Source: a virus
Strand: one strand, 5' to 3'
Virus record (IMG/VR): IMGVR_UViG_3300045988_081376
DNA: 64,000 nt
Shown here: in pieces, positions 1 through 8,799 of the stretch
How the letters are laid out: each line of letters opens with the position of its first letter
Position numbering within the stretch: position 1 is the first letter of the stretch
Notes under the pieces: generated by a model
What the model saw: the letters and a program-made list of their open reading frames with translations, nothing else
What the model was told of the DNA's origin: nothing
Databases searched by the model: none
Translations under genes and position numbers: made by a program

Positions 1-434
1 CAAGCCGCCGCGTAGGTCTTTCCGGTGCCGGTGTTGCCCCACAGAAGAAGTCCGCTGTTCTGCTCCTGCATCTCCTTCCAGTGCTCGGCGTAGCGTCTGC
101 ATTTCAAAAGTCCATCCGTCATTTCAGCGGAATCGAAGCGGCACGCCGTCAGGCTCTTGTCGCGGATTCCGTCGGCGCGCAGCGCCTCGATGCGCAGCCG
201 CTTTTCCTCTCGCTCTCGCTCTTCCTTCCCGCGGAGATACTCCTGATTTGTGCAGTCGCAGCAGCACCCGACGACCTGCGGCGTCTTTGCCGCCCCGTGG
301 AGCATTACGCGGCACTGCTTCGGCTTGCCGCACTTTCCGCAGTGCAGCAGACCGTCTCGCAGGAAGTCCCCCTCTTCCGGTACAGCCAGCGCCGCCGATC
401 GGCGCGCCAGCGTAGTGAAAATATCGTCCAGCAT
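1..434 (-). CDS. DnaC/IstB-like AAA+ helicase loader, N-terminal part (continues past window start)
   Basis: Own minus-strand translation from ATG 434-432: MLDDIFTTLARRSAALAVPEEGDFLRDGLLHCGKCGKPKQC...SGLLLWGNTGTGKTYAAA (Walker A). Start overlaps upstream stop (TGATG). No stop in window, so absent from ORF track. Confidence 0.7.
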   Translation of the reverse strand, partial: MLDDIFTTLARRSAALAVPEEGDFLRDGLLHCGKCGKPKQCRVMLHGAAKTPQVVGCCCDCTNQEYLRGKEEREREEKRLRIEALRADGIRDKSLTACRFDSAEMTDGLLKCRRYAEHWKEMQEQNSGLLLWGNTGTGKTYAAA

Positions 435-1327
435 CACAAACTCCCGCTCATATCTCCGTAGTCGTAGGTGAACCCGCCGCCGTCAGGGCTATTGTTTCCG
501 TTGGCTCTGTCCGCATAGTTCCCGTCTAAAACCTTCGCCATGTTCGCATCCCTGATGAGCCAGTCGAAATTCGCCATGAAATTTCGCTTGTTCCCGCCGT
601 TGAGGAAGGTGCTCTGCGCCGCCAGCGTGAAAAGGCGCTCAAAGTCTTCCAGCTCATACCCGCTTGCGAACCGAGCCTTGATTGCTCTTTTCCGTGCCTC
701 GCTCATGACGGTGCATTTTGTCATTTTCGGGCAAAGATCGTTATACAGCTTCCGAACCTTTGCGTAAGGGATGCGCTCAGCTTCTTCCTGCTGGGGAGTT
801 GCCGCCGCTTCGGGGGCAACGAGTTCTTCTGAACGTAGTGAAGAAGAACTATTATCTTTCTCTATCTCTTTCTCTATCTCTTTCTCTCCGTAACGATGTT
901 CGCACAATGTCTTCACATCGTTCGCACAATGTGACGGTTCTTTTAATTTCGCCCTCGCTCGGGATTCCCTCATTCTCTTGGCGGACGAACCCTCACTTCC
1001 TACATTTTTCACTGCATACGGAAGGAAAAACGTTACATCATCCGAAGTCTCCGCCAAGCCACAGGAAAGAAGATAGTTGATCGTCACCTCCACATTGGCT
1101 GGTTCCTCGTCCAGCTCCAGCGCCAATTCATCGGCAAAACTGTCATCAAGACCAGACCACTGCAAAATACCGTCATGCTTCATGGCGATGAGCTGCATTT
1201 TCAGGTAGATGATGAGGTAGGTATCTCCGCCCGCCAGTTTTCTAAGCTTTTTGATGCGTTTTGAAGTGAAAAAGTCATCATAGAGCCTCAGCCAAAAATA
1301 CCGATTTTCCTGCGCCATTTTTCGCAC
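434..1327 (-). CDS. Phage replisome organizer (DnaD-like)
   Basis: 297-aa ORF. N-term YFWLRLYDDFFTSKRIKKLRKLAGGDTYLIIYLKMQL is typical of the replisome-organizer N domain. C-term has NFMANFDWLIRDANMAKVLDGNY. Lies between SSB and loader. Confidence 0.8.
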   Translation of the reverse strand: MRKMAQENRYFWLRLYDDFFTSKRIKKLRKLAGGDTYLIIYLKMQLIAMKHDGILQWSGLDDSFADELALELDEEPANVEVTINYLLSCGLAETSDDVTFFLPYAVKNVGSEGSSAKRMRESRARAKLKEPSHCANDVKTLCEHRYGEKEIEKEIEKDNSSSSLRSEELVAPEAAATPQQEEAERIPYAKVRKLYNDLCPKMTKCTVMSEARKRAIKARFASGYELEDFERLFTLAAQSTFLNGGNKRNFMANFDWLIRDANMAKVLDGNYADRANGNNSPDGGGFTYDYGDMSGSL

Positions 1328-1344
1328 TCCTTTTCTCCGTCCTC

Positions 1345-1839
1345 CTAAATCGTCGGCACGTAGTCATATTCAGCGTTTTCCTGCTCCTGCTGCTCCCACG
1401 GCAGCGTTCCGCCGTCTTCCGCCGGCGCAGGGTGTTCCTCTGCATAAAATTCTTCTTTGCGAGGGGCGGATTCGGCGGAGGGGCGCGGTGCGGACAGAAT
1501 GTCCAGCACCGCCGCCAGAAGGCTTTGAGATGAGATCGTGTCGGCGCGAAGCTCGGACCAAATCTTTTCCTCACCGTCGCGCGTTCGGTATTTCCTCTGC
1601 GACCACACGCCGTCGATGCTCACCACGTCGCCCTTCTCCAGTGCGCAGGCGACTCGGGTGGTTTCATCGTTTCCAATTGCAAGAATATTCATGAATTCGC
1701 CGCGCGAATAGCACACGCCGAATTGCACTTTTGGCTCTCCCTTGGCGGTCTCTCCGACCTTGACCTCACGAGAGAGTTTGCCCCAGAGGTGCATCGGACG
1801 AGAACCGTCCGATGCTGCCTTTCCAACCATGATCCCCAT
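1345..1839 (-). CDS. ssb: Single-stranded DNA-binding protein (OB-fold, SSB-like)
   Basis: 164-aa ORF with OB-fold-like pattern GEFMNILAIGNDETTRVACALEKGDVVSIDGVWSQRKYRTRDGEEKIWSELRADTI. Acidic C-terminal tail EQQEQENAEYDYVPTI. Next to RecT. Confidence 0.65.
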   Translation of the reverse strand: MGIMVGKAASDGSRPMHLWGKLSREVKVGETAKGEPKVQFGVCYSRGEFMNILAIGNDETTRVACALEKGDVVSIDGVWSQRKYRTRDGEEKIWSELRADTISSQSLLAAVLDILSAPRPSAESAPRKEEFYAEEHPAPAEDGGTLPWEQQEQENAEYDYVPTI

Positions 1840-1853
1840 TTTGCGCGCCCTCC

Positions 1854-2852
1854 TTAATCATCAAAGAAGCTCTGCGCGTAATCGCCCGTATTCGCGTCTG
1901 AGACGCGCTGTGCGGCGTTTTCTTTTTGTGAGGGTAATTTCACATCCGAGCCAGCAGGTGCTCTCACAGCGCCCTCCGTGGCTTCCTGCGTGGCGTTTTC
2001 AGAATCCGCCGCCGTTTCGACCACCTCCCCGGTCGTCGGGATCACGCGCTCGGGCATCTGGAAGTCGGGGATCACGCCGCTGTCTTCGCTTTGGCTGTCG
2101 CTGGCAAACGCCGTCTTTACCTCGGGAGAAAGCGGTGCATAGCCGCTGTTAAGCAGCTGTCGAATGACCGTCTTGCGGCACATCTTGTCCTGCCCGCCGT
2201 TCGGGTCGTACCAGGGCGAGCCGTTCAGCAGTTTTTCAACGTCCTTCGGGTTCATGCTGCCGCTCTGCATTTCGAGAAATTTTTCAAGGTGAAATGCCTT
2301 GGAATATCGGTCCGCGTGACGCAAAAGCCTGTCCATGGGCCAATATTCATAGCGGAACATGGAATTTTTTAATTCGAAATACCCATAGTAGCCGATAACG
2401 GGCTTGCTCTGCCGCTCTTCATCGCTTTCATACTTGGCGAGGTTCACAATGGGCTTGCCCGTCCGGCGATCCCTTCCTTCGATCTCTCCCTCACGGACTT
2501 CCACGCAGTCGATGTCTGCATAAAATCCCGTGGACATTGCAAGTTGAATGTAGCCCTTGTACGAAAGTAGGTAGGTAGCGGTGGTCCCATAGGGCACAAC
2601 ATAGTAGCCGTTTCCAAAAATCAGTCCCATTCCCTCGCCCCGGAGAGCCGCCGCCACAATGGTGCTAGGTTCGCAGTTCTTCAGCTGATCGCTGGCGCTT
2701 ACAGCGGAAATCAGCGTCGATGTAATCCGCGCAACCGCTCTTTCGTCGCGGAGTGATTTCAACATCATGTTCTGCATCGCCGCCGACGTAATAGCGGCTG
2801 AAAACGTCTGCTTTTGAGCTATCTGCGGGGCAAAACTATTGTTAACTTTCAT
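1854..2852 (-). CDS. recT: RecT-family single-strand annealing recombinase
   Basis: 332-aa ORF. RecT core AALRGEGMGLIFGNGYYVVPYG..LLSYKGYIQLAMSTGFY and GYYGYFELKN. Sits in an exonuclease/RecT/SSB module. Confidence 0.85.
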   Translation of the reverse strand: MKVNNSFAPQIAQKQTFSAAITSAAMQNMMLKSLRDERAVARITSTLISAVSASDQLKNCEPSTIVAAALRGEGMGLIFGNGYYVVPYGTTATYLLSYKGYIQLAMSTGFYADIDCVEVREGEIEGRDRRTGKPIVNLAKYESDEERQSKPVIGYYGYFELKNSMFRYEYWPMDRLLRHADRYSKAFHLEKFLEMQSGSMNPKDVEKLLNGSPWYDPNGGQDKMCRKTVIRQLLNSGYAPLSPEVKTAFASDSQSEDSGVIPDFQMPERVIPTTGEVVETAADSENATQEATEGAVRAPAGSDVKLPSQKENAAQRVSDANTGDYAQSFFDD

Positions 2853-3004
2853 TGTTAATTCCCTTTCTTTTGCTTGGTGTTGTTACTGTTTTTTCATCAG
2901 TCCAGCCTTTTCGCTTCCTCGAATAAAGAAGGTCGGCAGAGACACCCAGTTTTTCGGACCAAACGGAAACAGGGTAATTCTCACCGCCAAAGGATATTAG
3001 GCGA

Positions 3005-3490
3005 TTACTCGTTTCGGTTTTCGGATTGCCGTTTTGCCGTTTCCCACCGGCAATTCTCCGGACAGTAGTTGCCGTTCACATCAATACGGTCTATGGTCAA
3101 ATCGTCCCGGTAGCCATTGGCAAGCGCCCAATCCCGGAACGCTTCAAAACCGTTCCGCCATTCTTCGCAGACCGTAATCCCTCGCCCTCCGTAATGCGGA
3201 TAGCATAAAACCCGCTCATTGAAGCACCTTGCCTTCATGCTCTTCCAAGTGCGATATAGCCGCGATTCGCTCATCCCATGCTTTCTGTGCGCATCGCCCG
3301 AGGCGGCGGGAATCAAGCACCCGCACGACTTCGTATCTCCGCTTCGCAAAGCATTTGTTTTGACAAGAGTCTCGTTTCCACAATCGCATTTGCACTTCCA
3401 TAGAGTTTTTCGGTTCGGCGCGTGTCCTGCAAATTCAATGACCGTAAGTTTCCCAAAGCGCTGCTCGGTCAAATCCAATAAACGACCCAT
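3005..3490 (-). CDS. Degenerate HNH-like, Zn-ribbon DNA-binding protein (possible homing-endonuclease relative), paralog 1
   Basis: 161 aa. Motifs: [68 protein letters not shown] (D in place of first HNH His). Paralog of 5636-6331 and 28801-29433. A ~150-nt gap separates it from recT. Confidence 0.6.
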   Translation of the reverse strand: MGRLLDLTEQRFGKLTVIEFAGHAPNRKTLWKCKCDCGNETLVKTNALRSGDTKSCGCLIPAASGDAHRKHGMSESRLYRTWKSMKARCFNERVLCYPHYGGRGITVCEEWRNGFEAFRDWALANGYRDDLTIDRIDVNGNYCPENCRWETAKRQSENRNE

Positions 3491-3496
3491 GTTGGC

Positions 3497-4396
3497 TTAA
3501 TCCGCGCGTCCAAACTGGATGCCGTTTTCCTTCATGTACTGCTTCAAGCCGTTCAGCTGCTCCGCTGTGCCGCGCACGCGGAAGACCAGCTCGAACATCT
3601 TCGGTGTCTCTTCCGTCTGCTCCGTGTGCGCAGTCTCGCGCGGCTCCTCCGTTCTGGGCGGCTCTGCTATCTTCGGCGTTGGTGCTTCCGTTGTCCGCGC
3701 GGCGGCTAGCTTATTCGCCACGTCCTGCTCCTGCTCGCGGCGCATACGCTTGCGCGTTTCCTCGATTTCCTTGATCCGCAGCAGGTTTTCGTTTCGTTTC
3801 AGGCACGACGCCAAATCGTGCGTCCGGCGGAACTCGTCCAGCAGCGTGGTCTCGAACTCGCTGTGCAGCGCGCGCAGGCTCTCCACGGCGTTCGAACACT
3901 TGGCGATCTCGCAGATAATGTCCTTGCGCGCCTGTTCCTCGGAGTAAGTGGCATTCATCCAGCGCGGGTTGTAGATGGCGTCGAACGTCAGAAAATCGTT
4001 CATCTCGCCAATGCTCTGGTTGAAAAACGCGCGCAGCCGTTCGTTCTTCTCCGCTTTCTTCGCCTCGTCGAAGGCTTTGATCTGCCCGTCGAGGTTTGCG
4101 GCGCTCTCATCGCACAGCGCCATCAGGGCTTTGCACTTTTCCTCGAACGGCTTATAGCTCTGCATCGCTGCTTCCTTTGCCATCTTGCGGCACTCGTCGA
4201 TGCGGGCAGCCACCTTGCGGATCGTCGCGCGGTAGCTTTTAGCAGACGCGATCCCGTCCTCAGTGACGACCATCGTGCGGTACGGCGCAAGATTCTCGTC
4301 CAGCCATGCCTTGCACTCCTCGAAATTCGCCTGAATATCGAAATTGCGCAGCGGCGTCAGATCGGTCGAAATGCTGAATTCCATTGCTCCACTCAT
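3497..4396 (-). CDS. DUF1351-like phage protein (recombination-module associated)
   Basis: 299-aa ORF. N-term MEFSISTDLTPLRNFDIQANFEECKAWLDENLAPYRTMVVTEDGIASAKSYRATIRK resembles DUF1351. Coiled-coil centre. 4-nt overlap with the downstream gene. Confidence 0.7.
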   Translation of the reverse strand: MSGAMEFSISTDLTPLRNFDIQANFEECKAWLDENLAPYRTMVVTEDGIASAKSYRATIRKVAARIDECRKMAKEAAMQSYKPFEEKCKALMALCDESAANLDGQIKAFDEAKKAEKNERLRAFFNQSIGEMNDFLTFDAIYNPRWMNATYSEEQARKDIICEIAKCSNAVESLRALHSEFETTLLDEFRRTHDLASCLKRNENLLRIKEIEETRKRMRREQEQDVANKLAAARTTEAPTPKIAEPPRTEEPRETAHTEQTEETPKMFELVFRVRGTAEQLNGLKQYMKENGIQFGRAD

Positions 4397-4632
4397 GCTT
4401 TTCCCTCCTCGGCGTCATACTGCGTGATCTCGCGCAGAAGCGGCAGGATATGCGGCGCGATGCTGTTCTCCGGCACATCAGTTTCCAGCACAATGGCGCG
4501 GTTGTCTCCGCCCTTCGTCGGCGCGATCACCTTGTCGCCCGCCTTGAGCGGCAGGCTCGTGCGATAGGTGTAGGCCATGCCTGCATAGCCGCTGAGCTGC
4601 GGCTTGTAATATCGGACCGTCACATACATCAT
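4393..4632 (-). CDS. Hypothetical phage protein
   Basis: 79-aa ORF, translationally coupled to both neighbours by 4-nt overlaps. Natural-looking composition. Confidence 0.65.
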   Translation of the reverse strand: MMYVTVRYYKPQLSGYAGMAYTYRTSLPLKAGDKVIAPTKGGDNRAIVLETDVPENSIAPHILPLLREITQYDAEEGKA

Positions 4633-4979
4633 CGCTCACCGCCCTTTCTCGGCACGCGCGTCACCCTGACCGCAAACGAAATGCCCGGTCCCTGTGCTTC
4701 CGGTTCTTCCTTCTCTTCCTCGTGCTTAGTTTCCGAGCGCAGCCAGCGAGCGAAGTCCACAGCCCTGCAAATGTCCTGGTCTTCCTTCAGCTCATCGATT
4801 GCCTGCTCCGTTCGCAGGATCGTATCTGCGATAGAAAGCGCGTCGCACTCGGCAAATACGATGGTTCTTGCGTCTCCGTGCTCGCCCGCCTCATCCATCG
4901 ACAGCAGCGCGCACTTGCAGACCATCTTGCTGATTTCCTCCTGTTTTTCGAGATCCCTTACCGTGATTTCCAATGCCAT
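4629..4979 (-). CDS. Hypothetical phage protein (acidic)
   Basis: 116-aa ORF in operon frame with a 4-nt overlap to the next gene. Confidence 0.65.
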   Translation of the reverse strand: MALEITVRDLEKQEEISKMVCKCALLSMDEAGEHGDARTIVFAECDALSIADTILRTEQAIDELKEDQDICRAVDFARWLRSETKHEEEKEEPEAQGPGISFAVRVTRVPRKGGER

Positions 4980-5022
4980 TTTGTTGTTCTCCTTTTCAGT
5001 TTTTATCGTTCAGAGCCAACGC

Positions 5023-5718
5023 TCAGAGCGTCAAGATTTGCGACGGCATCGTTCCGTTTTCCACGTGCCGCCAGAAAGCCTCTGCGCGAGGAAGGAAAAA
5101 TTGAATATCTGATTCGCAATCGTTTCTCTCGAATTTGTAGGCGCGTAAGCTTGCATCACCATCAGCGTTCAGCAGGAGTGCCCAAACCACCGCAAATTCA
5201 AACTCACCGCAAAACATTTGCTCGAGTATCTGCGCATAATATGTTTTTGGAATTTGTCTGTCCCACTTCTCCCAGTCATTTCTTCCGAGGCACGTCGCGG
5301 TCTTGCTCTCGTAAATGCCCTTTCGTCCGCTGGTCAATTCAACCAGCTCGCCATCCGGGGTGCAGGACAAAAAACTGTATCTTCCGACCGGTCGCAAAAT
5401 GGTAAAAGGCTCAAACGTCAATTCGTATTCCGGGTGCATAAGCCGGAACATCTCCCGCAGAGGTTCTTCTGCAACATTGCCGAATTGAACGCGCGGATTA
5501 TCGCTTATGTCTTTCGGCGTAACGGCTCCTAACTTTTCTTTCCAGAGCTGGATTGGCGTCTTGAAGCCGGACACCCCCAAGACCGAACCAATATCGCTTG
5601 CTCCCAGCCCGTGAGATCGACCAATTAACCATTCCTTACGATTTGGGTACGTTGTTCTCGTTATCAACCTTCGGTTCACCTCCTTTTTGGGGTGGGGCGA
5701 ATACCGCTCGTTCCGCAT
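5023..5718 (-). CDS. YqaJ-like (lambda-exonuclease family) recombination exonuclease
   Basis: Motif RKEWLIGRSHGLGASDIGSVLGVSGFKTPIQLWKEKLG is typical of the YqaJ viral recombinase domain. Start uncertain: Met at 5718, or TTG near 5677. The 5814 start in the ORF track would overlap the upstream gene by ~180 nt. Confidence 0.8.
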   Translation of the reverse strand: MRNERYSPHPKKEVNRRLITRTTYPNRKEWLIGRSHGLGASDIGSVLGVSGFKTPIQLWKEKLGAVTPKDISDNPRVQFGNVAEEPLREMFRLMHPEYELTFEPFTILRPVGRYSFLSCTPDGELVELTSGRKGIYESKTATCLGRNDWEKWDRQIPKTYYAQILEQMFCGEFEFAVVWALLLNADGDASLRAYKFERNDCESDIQFFLPRAEAFWRHVENGTMPSQILTL

Positions 5719-6331
5719 CCCATCCACTACGAATCCGGTCGTATATCGTGTGGCTGGGAATTCCAGAAACCTTTGACCATGCGGCGATGGTCTTTTTTTC
5801 TCCCCGAATATCAAGAAAGTGATTTTTTTGCCTGTTATTGCACTGCTCGGACTGCGTCGCCCAGCGGCAATTGTCGGGGCAGTAGTTCCCGTTTACATCA
5901 ATACGGTCGATGGTGCATTGCCCGCGCGGCGCTTGCACGTCATATCCAGCTCCTATAGCCCAATCCCGGAACGCCTCAAAACTCTCGCGCCATTCGTCGC
6001 ACACCACAATCCCGCGTCCGCCATAAAGCGGGTATTCCTTACAGTGTTCGTTAAAACACCTCCGTTTCATCGCGTTCCATACGGTGTAAAGCCTTGTTCC
6101 GCTACCACCATGAGTTGTTTTCAACTCCGATAGCATCTTGCTTACCCTCTGCCTGTGCAAACACCCGCAGCTCTCTGCTCGGCCAGCATTTAACTCGCCC
6201 GCGTTTGCTCTAACTTCCTTGCCGCAATCGCACCGGCACAACCACGCCGGGCGATTGTGTATCCGACCGTCTTGCCGAACGACCGTCAATCGCTCATACC
6301 GGCGTCCGGTTAGATCAATAAACTTAGGCAT
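5636..6331 (-). CDS. Degenerate HNH-like, Zn-ribbon DNA-binding protein, paralog 2 (with C-terminal HTH-like extension)
   Basis: From MPKFIDLTGRRYERLTVV. Motifs: [68 protein letters not shown] at 6331 overlaps the upstream stop by 8 nt. Confidence 0.6.
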   Translation of the reverse strand: MPKFIDLTGRRYERLTVVRQDGRIHNRPAWLCRCDCGKEVRANAGELNAGRAESCGCLHRQRVSKMLSELKTTHGGSGTRLYTVWNAMKRRCFNEHCKEYPLYGGRGIVVCDEWRESFEAFRDWAIGAGYDVQAPRGQCTIDRIDVNGNYCPDNCRWATQSEQCNNRQKNHFLDIRGEKKTIAAWSKVSGIPSHTIYDRIRSGWDAERAVFAPPQKGGEPKVDNENNVPKS

Positions 6332-7085
6332 AGCCCAGCACTCCCTGCCACTTCCCCTGTTTCTCAAGCACGTCTCTCGCGTATTCGCTCGCGCCGCCGT
6401 GGCCGGTGTTGTAAGCTGTAAGCGCATCTGTCAGGTTGCCGCATCCGTAAACGCCAAGCAAATGTGTCAGCACTGCGCATCCTGTGCGGAAATTCCCTGC
6501 CGGGTCCATCAGGTCGGTTACGCCGATGCTTTCTGCCGTCTTCGACCACCAGCGCGGCTGGATCTGGCAGTAGCCATAGCTCTTCCCGCCGTCTCCGATC
6601 TCGTTCTTGAAGTGCGTTTCCCGCTCGATCAGCGCAAGCATCAGCGGATAGTCCACCGAAAACTCCTCGCAAGCTCCATATAGGGCTTCCTGTTCCTCGT
6701 AGCTCAGAGGAACGGCCTCGCTGAAAGGGAAAGGGATGTATGCGTACTCTTCCGCCACCGCGCCATCCGAGAAAACAAGCGCGTCATCGATCATCAGAAC
6801 CGGCTGTGCATCCTCAGAGGGGAGTGTCGGGCATTCCGCGCTTTCCGTTTCGACAGCGGTCTCGGTCATCCTGATGTCGTGAAGCAGCTCTCCCACAACC
6901 CAGACCGCAATCAGAATGTTGACCAGCAGCATCAGGAATGCCAGATAAGGAAGAAGAAACGTCACCGCGTCCTCCGCCTTCTGGATGCGGCGCTGTCTGC
7001 GAATCTTTTTCCGCCGCTCGCGGCGTTCCATCTGTGCGATACGTGCTTGACGCTCCTTCGAGCTTTCGTTCGTTTCGAAATTCAT
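6324..7085 (-). CDS. Membrane-anchored lytic transglycosylase (SLT domain)
   Basis: 253 aa. Basic N-terminus then TM segment FLLPYLAFLMLLVNILIAVWVV. SLT motifs LIERETHF, YGYCQIQ, TAYNTGHGG. RBS aaaaggag upstream. Confidence 0.8.
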   Translation of the reverse strand: MNFETNESSKERQARIAQMERRERRKKIRRQRRIQKAEDAVTFLLPYLAFLMLLVNILIAVWVVGELLHDIRMTETAVETESAECPTLPSEDAQPVLMIDDALVFSDGAVAEEYAYIPFPFSEAVPLSYEEQEALYGACEEFSVDYPLMLALIERETHFKNEIGDGGKSYGYCQIQPRWWSKTAESIGVTDLMDPAGNFRTGCAVLTHLLGVYGCGNLTDALTAYNTGHGGASEYARDVLEKQGKWQGVLGYA

Positions 7086-7100
7086 TTCGCGTGCTCCTTT

Positions 7101-7158
7101 TCTGCAAAAATAAAAGAGGGGCTGAGTCCCGAGATTTTCCCGGTTGCTCAGCCCCTCT
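7101..7158 (-). terminator. Intrinsic terminator inside the early leftward operon
   Basis: 13-bp stem AAGAGGGGCTGAG (7113-7125) / CTCAGCCCCTCTT (7146-7158). On the minus-strand RNA the hairpin is followed by UUAUUUUUG. Confidence 0.65.
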
Positions 7159-7193
7159 TGGCTCTTCCGACCGCCCGCTTGCGGTCAGGTACG

Positions 7194-7355
7194 TTATTCG
7201 CTTTTCTGTTCGCCGAAGCGAAAGACCTTCTTGGCATCCACGCCAACGATCTTCACGCCGAACGCCGTCCGCGTGATCTGCACATCCAACCCTGCCGCAA
7301 GACAAGCGTCGATTGCCTGCGCCTCTTTCGCGCCTATGTAAGTCTTATCTGCCAT
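7194..7355 (-). CDS. Hypothetical small protein
   Basis: MADKTYIGAKEAQAIDACLAAGLDVQITRTAFGVKIVGVDAKKVFRFGEQKSE. ATG at 7355 is preceded by aaggag. Confidence 0.55.
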   Translation of the reverse strand: MADKTYIGAKEAQAIDACLAAGLDVQITRTAFGVKIVGVDAKKVFRFGEQKSE

Positions 7356-7401
7356 TCTTTCTCCTTTTTCCCATGTGCTTGTGCACAGTTCGTTTCCGCC
7401 G

Positions 7402-7626
7402 TCATACGCTTTCGCCATTCAGCCTTGTCATAAACTCCACAAACGGGAGCCTCGGGATCTTCACACGGTTTCCGATCAAAATCGTGGGAAACCGCAGCTG
7501 CTCCGGCGCTTTTTTCGCCGCAACGCGAATCGCGTGAGGGTCGCATTCCAAAATCTCCGCAGCCTCCGCCGGCGTCAAGTACGCCTTGTCCATATTTACA
7601 ACATCTTTCAGTGTCATGGCCATCAC
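7402..7626 (-). CDS. Helix-turn-helix DNA-binding protein (excisionase/AlpA-like family)
   Basis: 74 aa. LTPAEAAEILECDPHAIRVAAKK...FPTILIGNRVKIPRLPFVEFM resembles Xis/MerR-type HTH_17 proteins. Confidence 0.65.
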   Translation of the reverse strand: MMAMTLKDVVNMDKAYLTPAEAAEILECDPHAIRVAAKKAPEQLRFPTILIGNRVKIPRLPFVEFMTRLNGESV

Positions 7627-7630
7627 CCTT

Positions 7631-8401
7631 TCATCCTCCGCGTTCCTGCGTCAGCCGCACTACCTTGCGCCGCAGCACCGTTTCGAATATCGGACGCAGT
7701 TTCTGGTCGCGGGCAATAACGTGCAGTTTCGACACGCCTTTGCACTCACTGGATGATGCGCCCATCCGGCTCATGCGATTCCGCAGCAGCGTCTGCCGGC
7801 GCTCGAGGTCGACGTGCGCCAGTCGTTCTACCTCATCGTAGATGTCGCGGCGGAACATCTGGTGATTCAGACCGAACTGCTCGATGGTGGTGTTAATTTC
7901 CTTCTGCGCCCGCTCCTGCCAACCGTCGCTCTCCAGCATCGGCGCGGCCATCACCGCAAGCGCACCATCGAAGCGGTTCTGCTTTTCCTCCACAGCTTTC
8001 AAGCGGCGTTCCTGCTCGATATTGATTTGCGCCTGTAAGGAAAACATTTCTACGGGTGAAAGCACCTTTTGTCCGTATCCTCCGGTCTTGCGGATGGAGG
8101 GGAGGACTTCGCTTGTCACCCATTTGCGGAACGGTTTGGCTTCCGGCTTGTCCGACCGAAGAATCACATTGTACAGGCCGCTCTCGTTGATAATGGTGGT
8201 TTCCTGCTCCCGGCCCAGTGAATCGGTGAGGGGGATCTGATTCCGCTCATCTTCATCAAGCCGGTCTGCAACCTTGTGGGCGCTTCCAAGCCCCAGTACG
8301 TTGCACACGTCTTTCAGGACAAACCACGGTTCGCCGTCTCGCTCCACCGTGCGGACTGTATTCCCGTGGTAGTGGTAATCGAAAATCCTCATTTCATTCA
8401 T
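7631..8401 (-). CDS. Prophage antirepressor (Bro-N domain plus ORF6C-like C-terminal domain)
   Basis: 256 aa. N-term FDYHYHGNTVRTVERDGEPWFVLKDVCNVLGL..GLYNVILRSDKPEAKPFRKWVTSEVLPSIRKTG is Bro-N. The C-terminal domain is homologous to that of 32767-33579. Confidence 0.85.
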   Translation of the reverse strand: MNEMRIFDYHYHGNTVRTVERDGEPWFVLKDVCNVLGLGSAHKVADRLDEDERNQIPLTDSLGREQETTIINESGLYNVILRSDKPEAKPFRKWVTSEVLPSIRKTGGYGQKVLSPVEMFSLQAQINIEQERRLKAVEEKQNRFDGALAVMAAPMLESDGWQERAQKEINTTIEQFGLNHQMFRRDIYDEVERLAHVDLERRQTLLRNRMSRMGASSSECKGVSKLHVIARDQKLRPIFETVLRRKVVRLTQERGG

Positions 8402-8583
8402 GGCGTTCCCTTCTGCCCTTCCTCTCTGAAAAGCAACTCATTGACATCGCACTTATACAGGCGCGCAATTTCTGGTAGTCTGGACGTGCGAGGGGATGTA
8501 ATCCCCGTCTCCCACTGATAGAGAGTCATCGTACTGACACCAAGCCTTTCTGCGGCCTCTTTTTGCGATAAGTCCGCCCGCAC
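8398..8583 (-). CDS. Cro-like XRE-family HTH regulator
   Basis: 61 aa. LSQKEAAERLGVSTMTLYQWETGITSPRTSRLPEIARLYKCDVNELL (HTH_3). First gene of the leftward operon, divergent from the CI-like gene. GTG start; the true start may lie slightly upstream. Confidence 0.75.
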   Translation of the reverse strand: MRADLSQKEAAERLGVSTMTLYQWETGITSPRTSRLPEIARLYKCDVNELLFREEGQKGTP

Positions 8584-8651
8584 TCGGCAGACCTTGAACC
8601 CGTTTGCGATAAAGCATCACCACTTTCTTCTTAGCATCTTCTTAGTTTCGC

Positions 8652-8680
8652 TTGACATTTACTAAGTAAGGCTGTACAAT
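8652..8680 (+). promoter_or_regulatory. Sigma-70-type promoter facing the CI-like gene
   Basis: TTGACA (8652-8657), 17-nt spacer, TACAAT (8675-8680). ACTAAG/CTTAG operator-like half sites lie nearby. Confidence 0.55.
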
Positions 8681-8771
8681 GCCTCTTGATAGAAATAAAT
8701 AACAGCTTCACATAAGTAAACGTATCGCGAAGCATCCTTGCTTTTTGCTTCGCTTTTGCTTTGTAATGCTA

Positions 8772-8799
8772 AGTATATCACTTAGTTTTACGAAGTCAA
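8772..8799 (-). promoter_or_regulatory. Candidate lytic promoter facing the Cro-like gene
   Basis: Minus strand: TTGACT (8799-8794), 16-nt spacer, TATACT (8777-8772). Palindrome CTAAGTATATCACTTAG (8769-8785) overlaps the -10. Confidence 0.45.
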
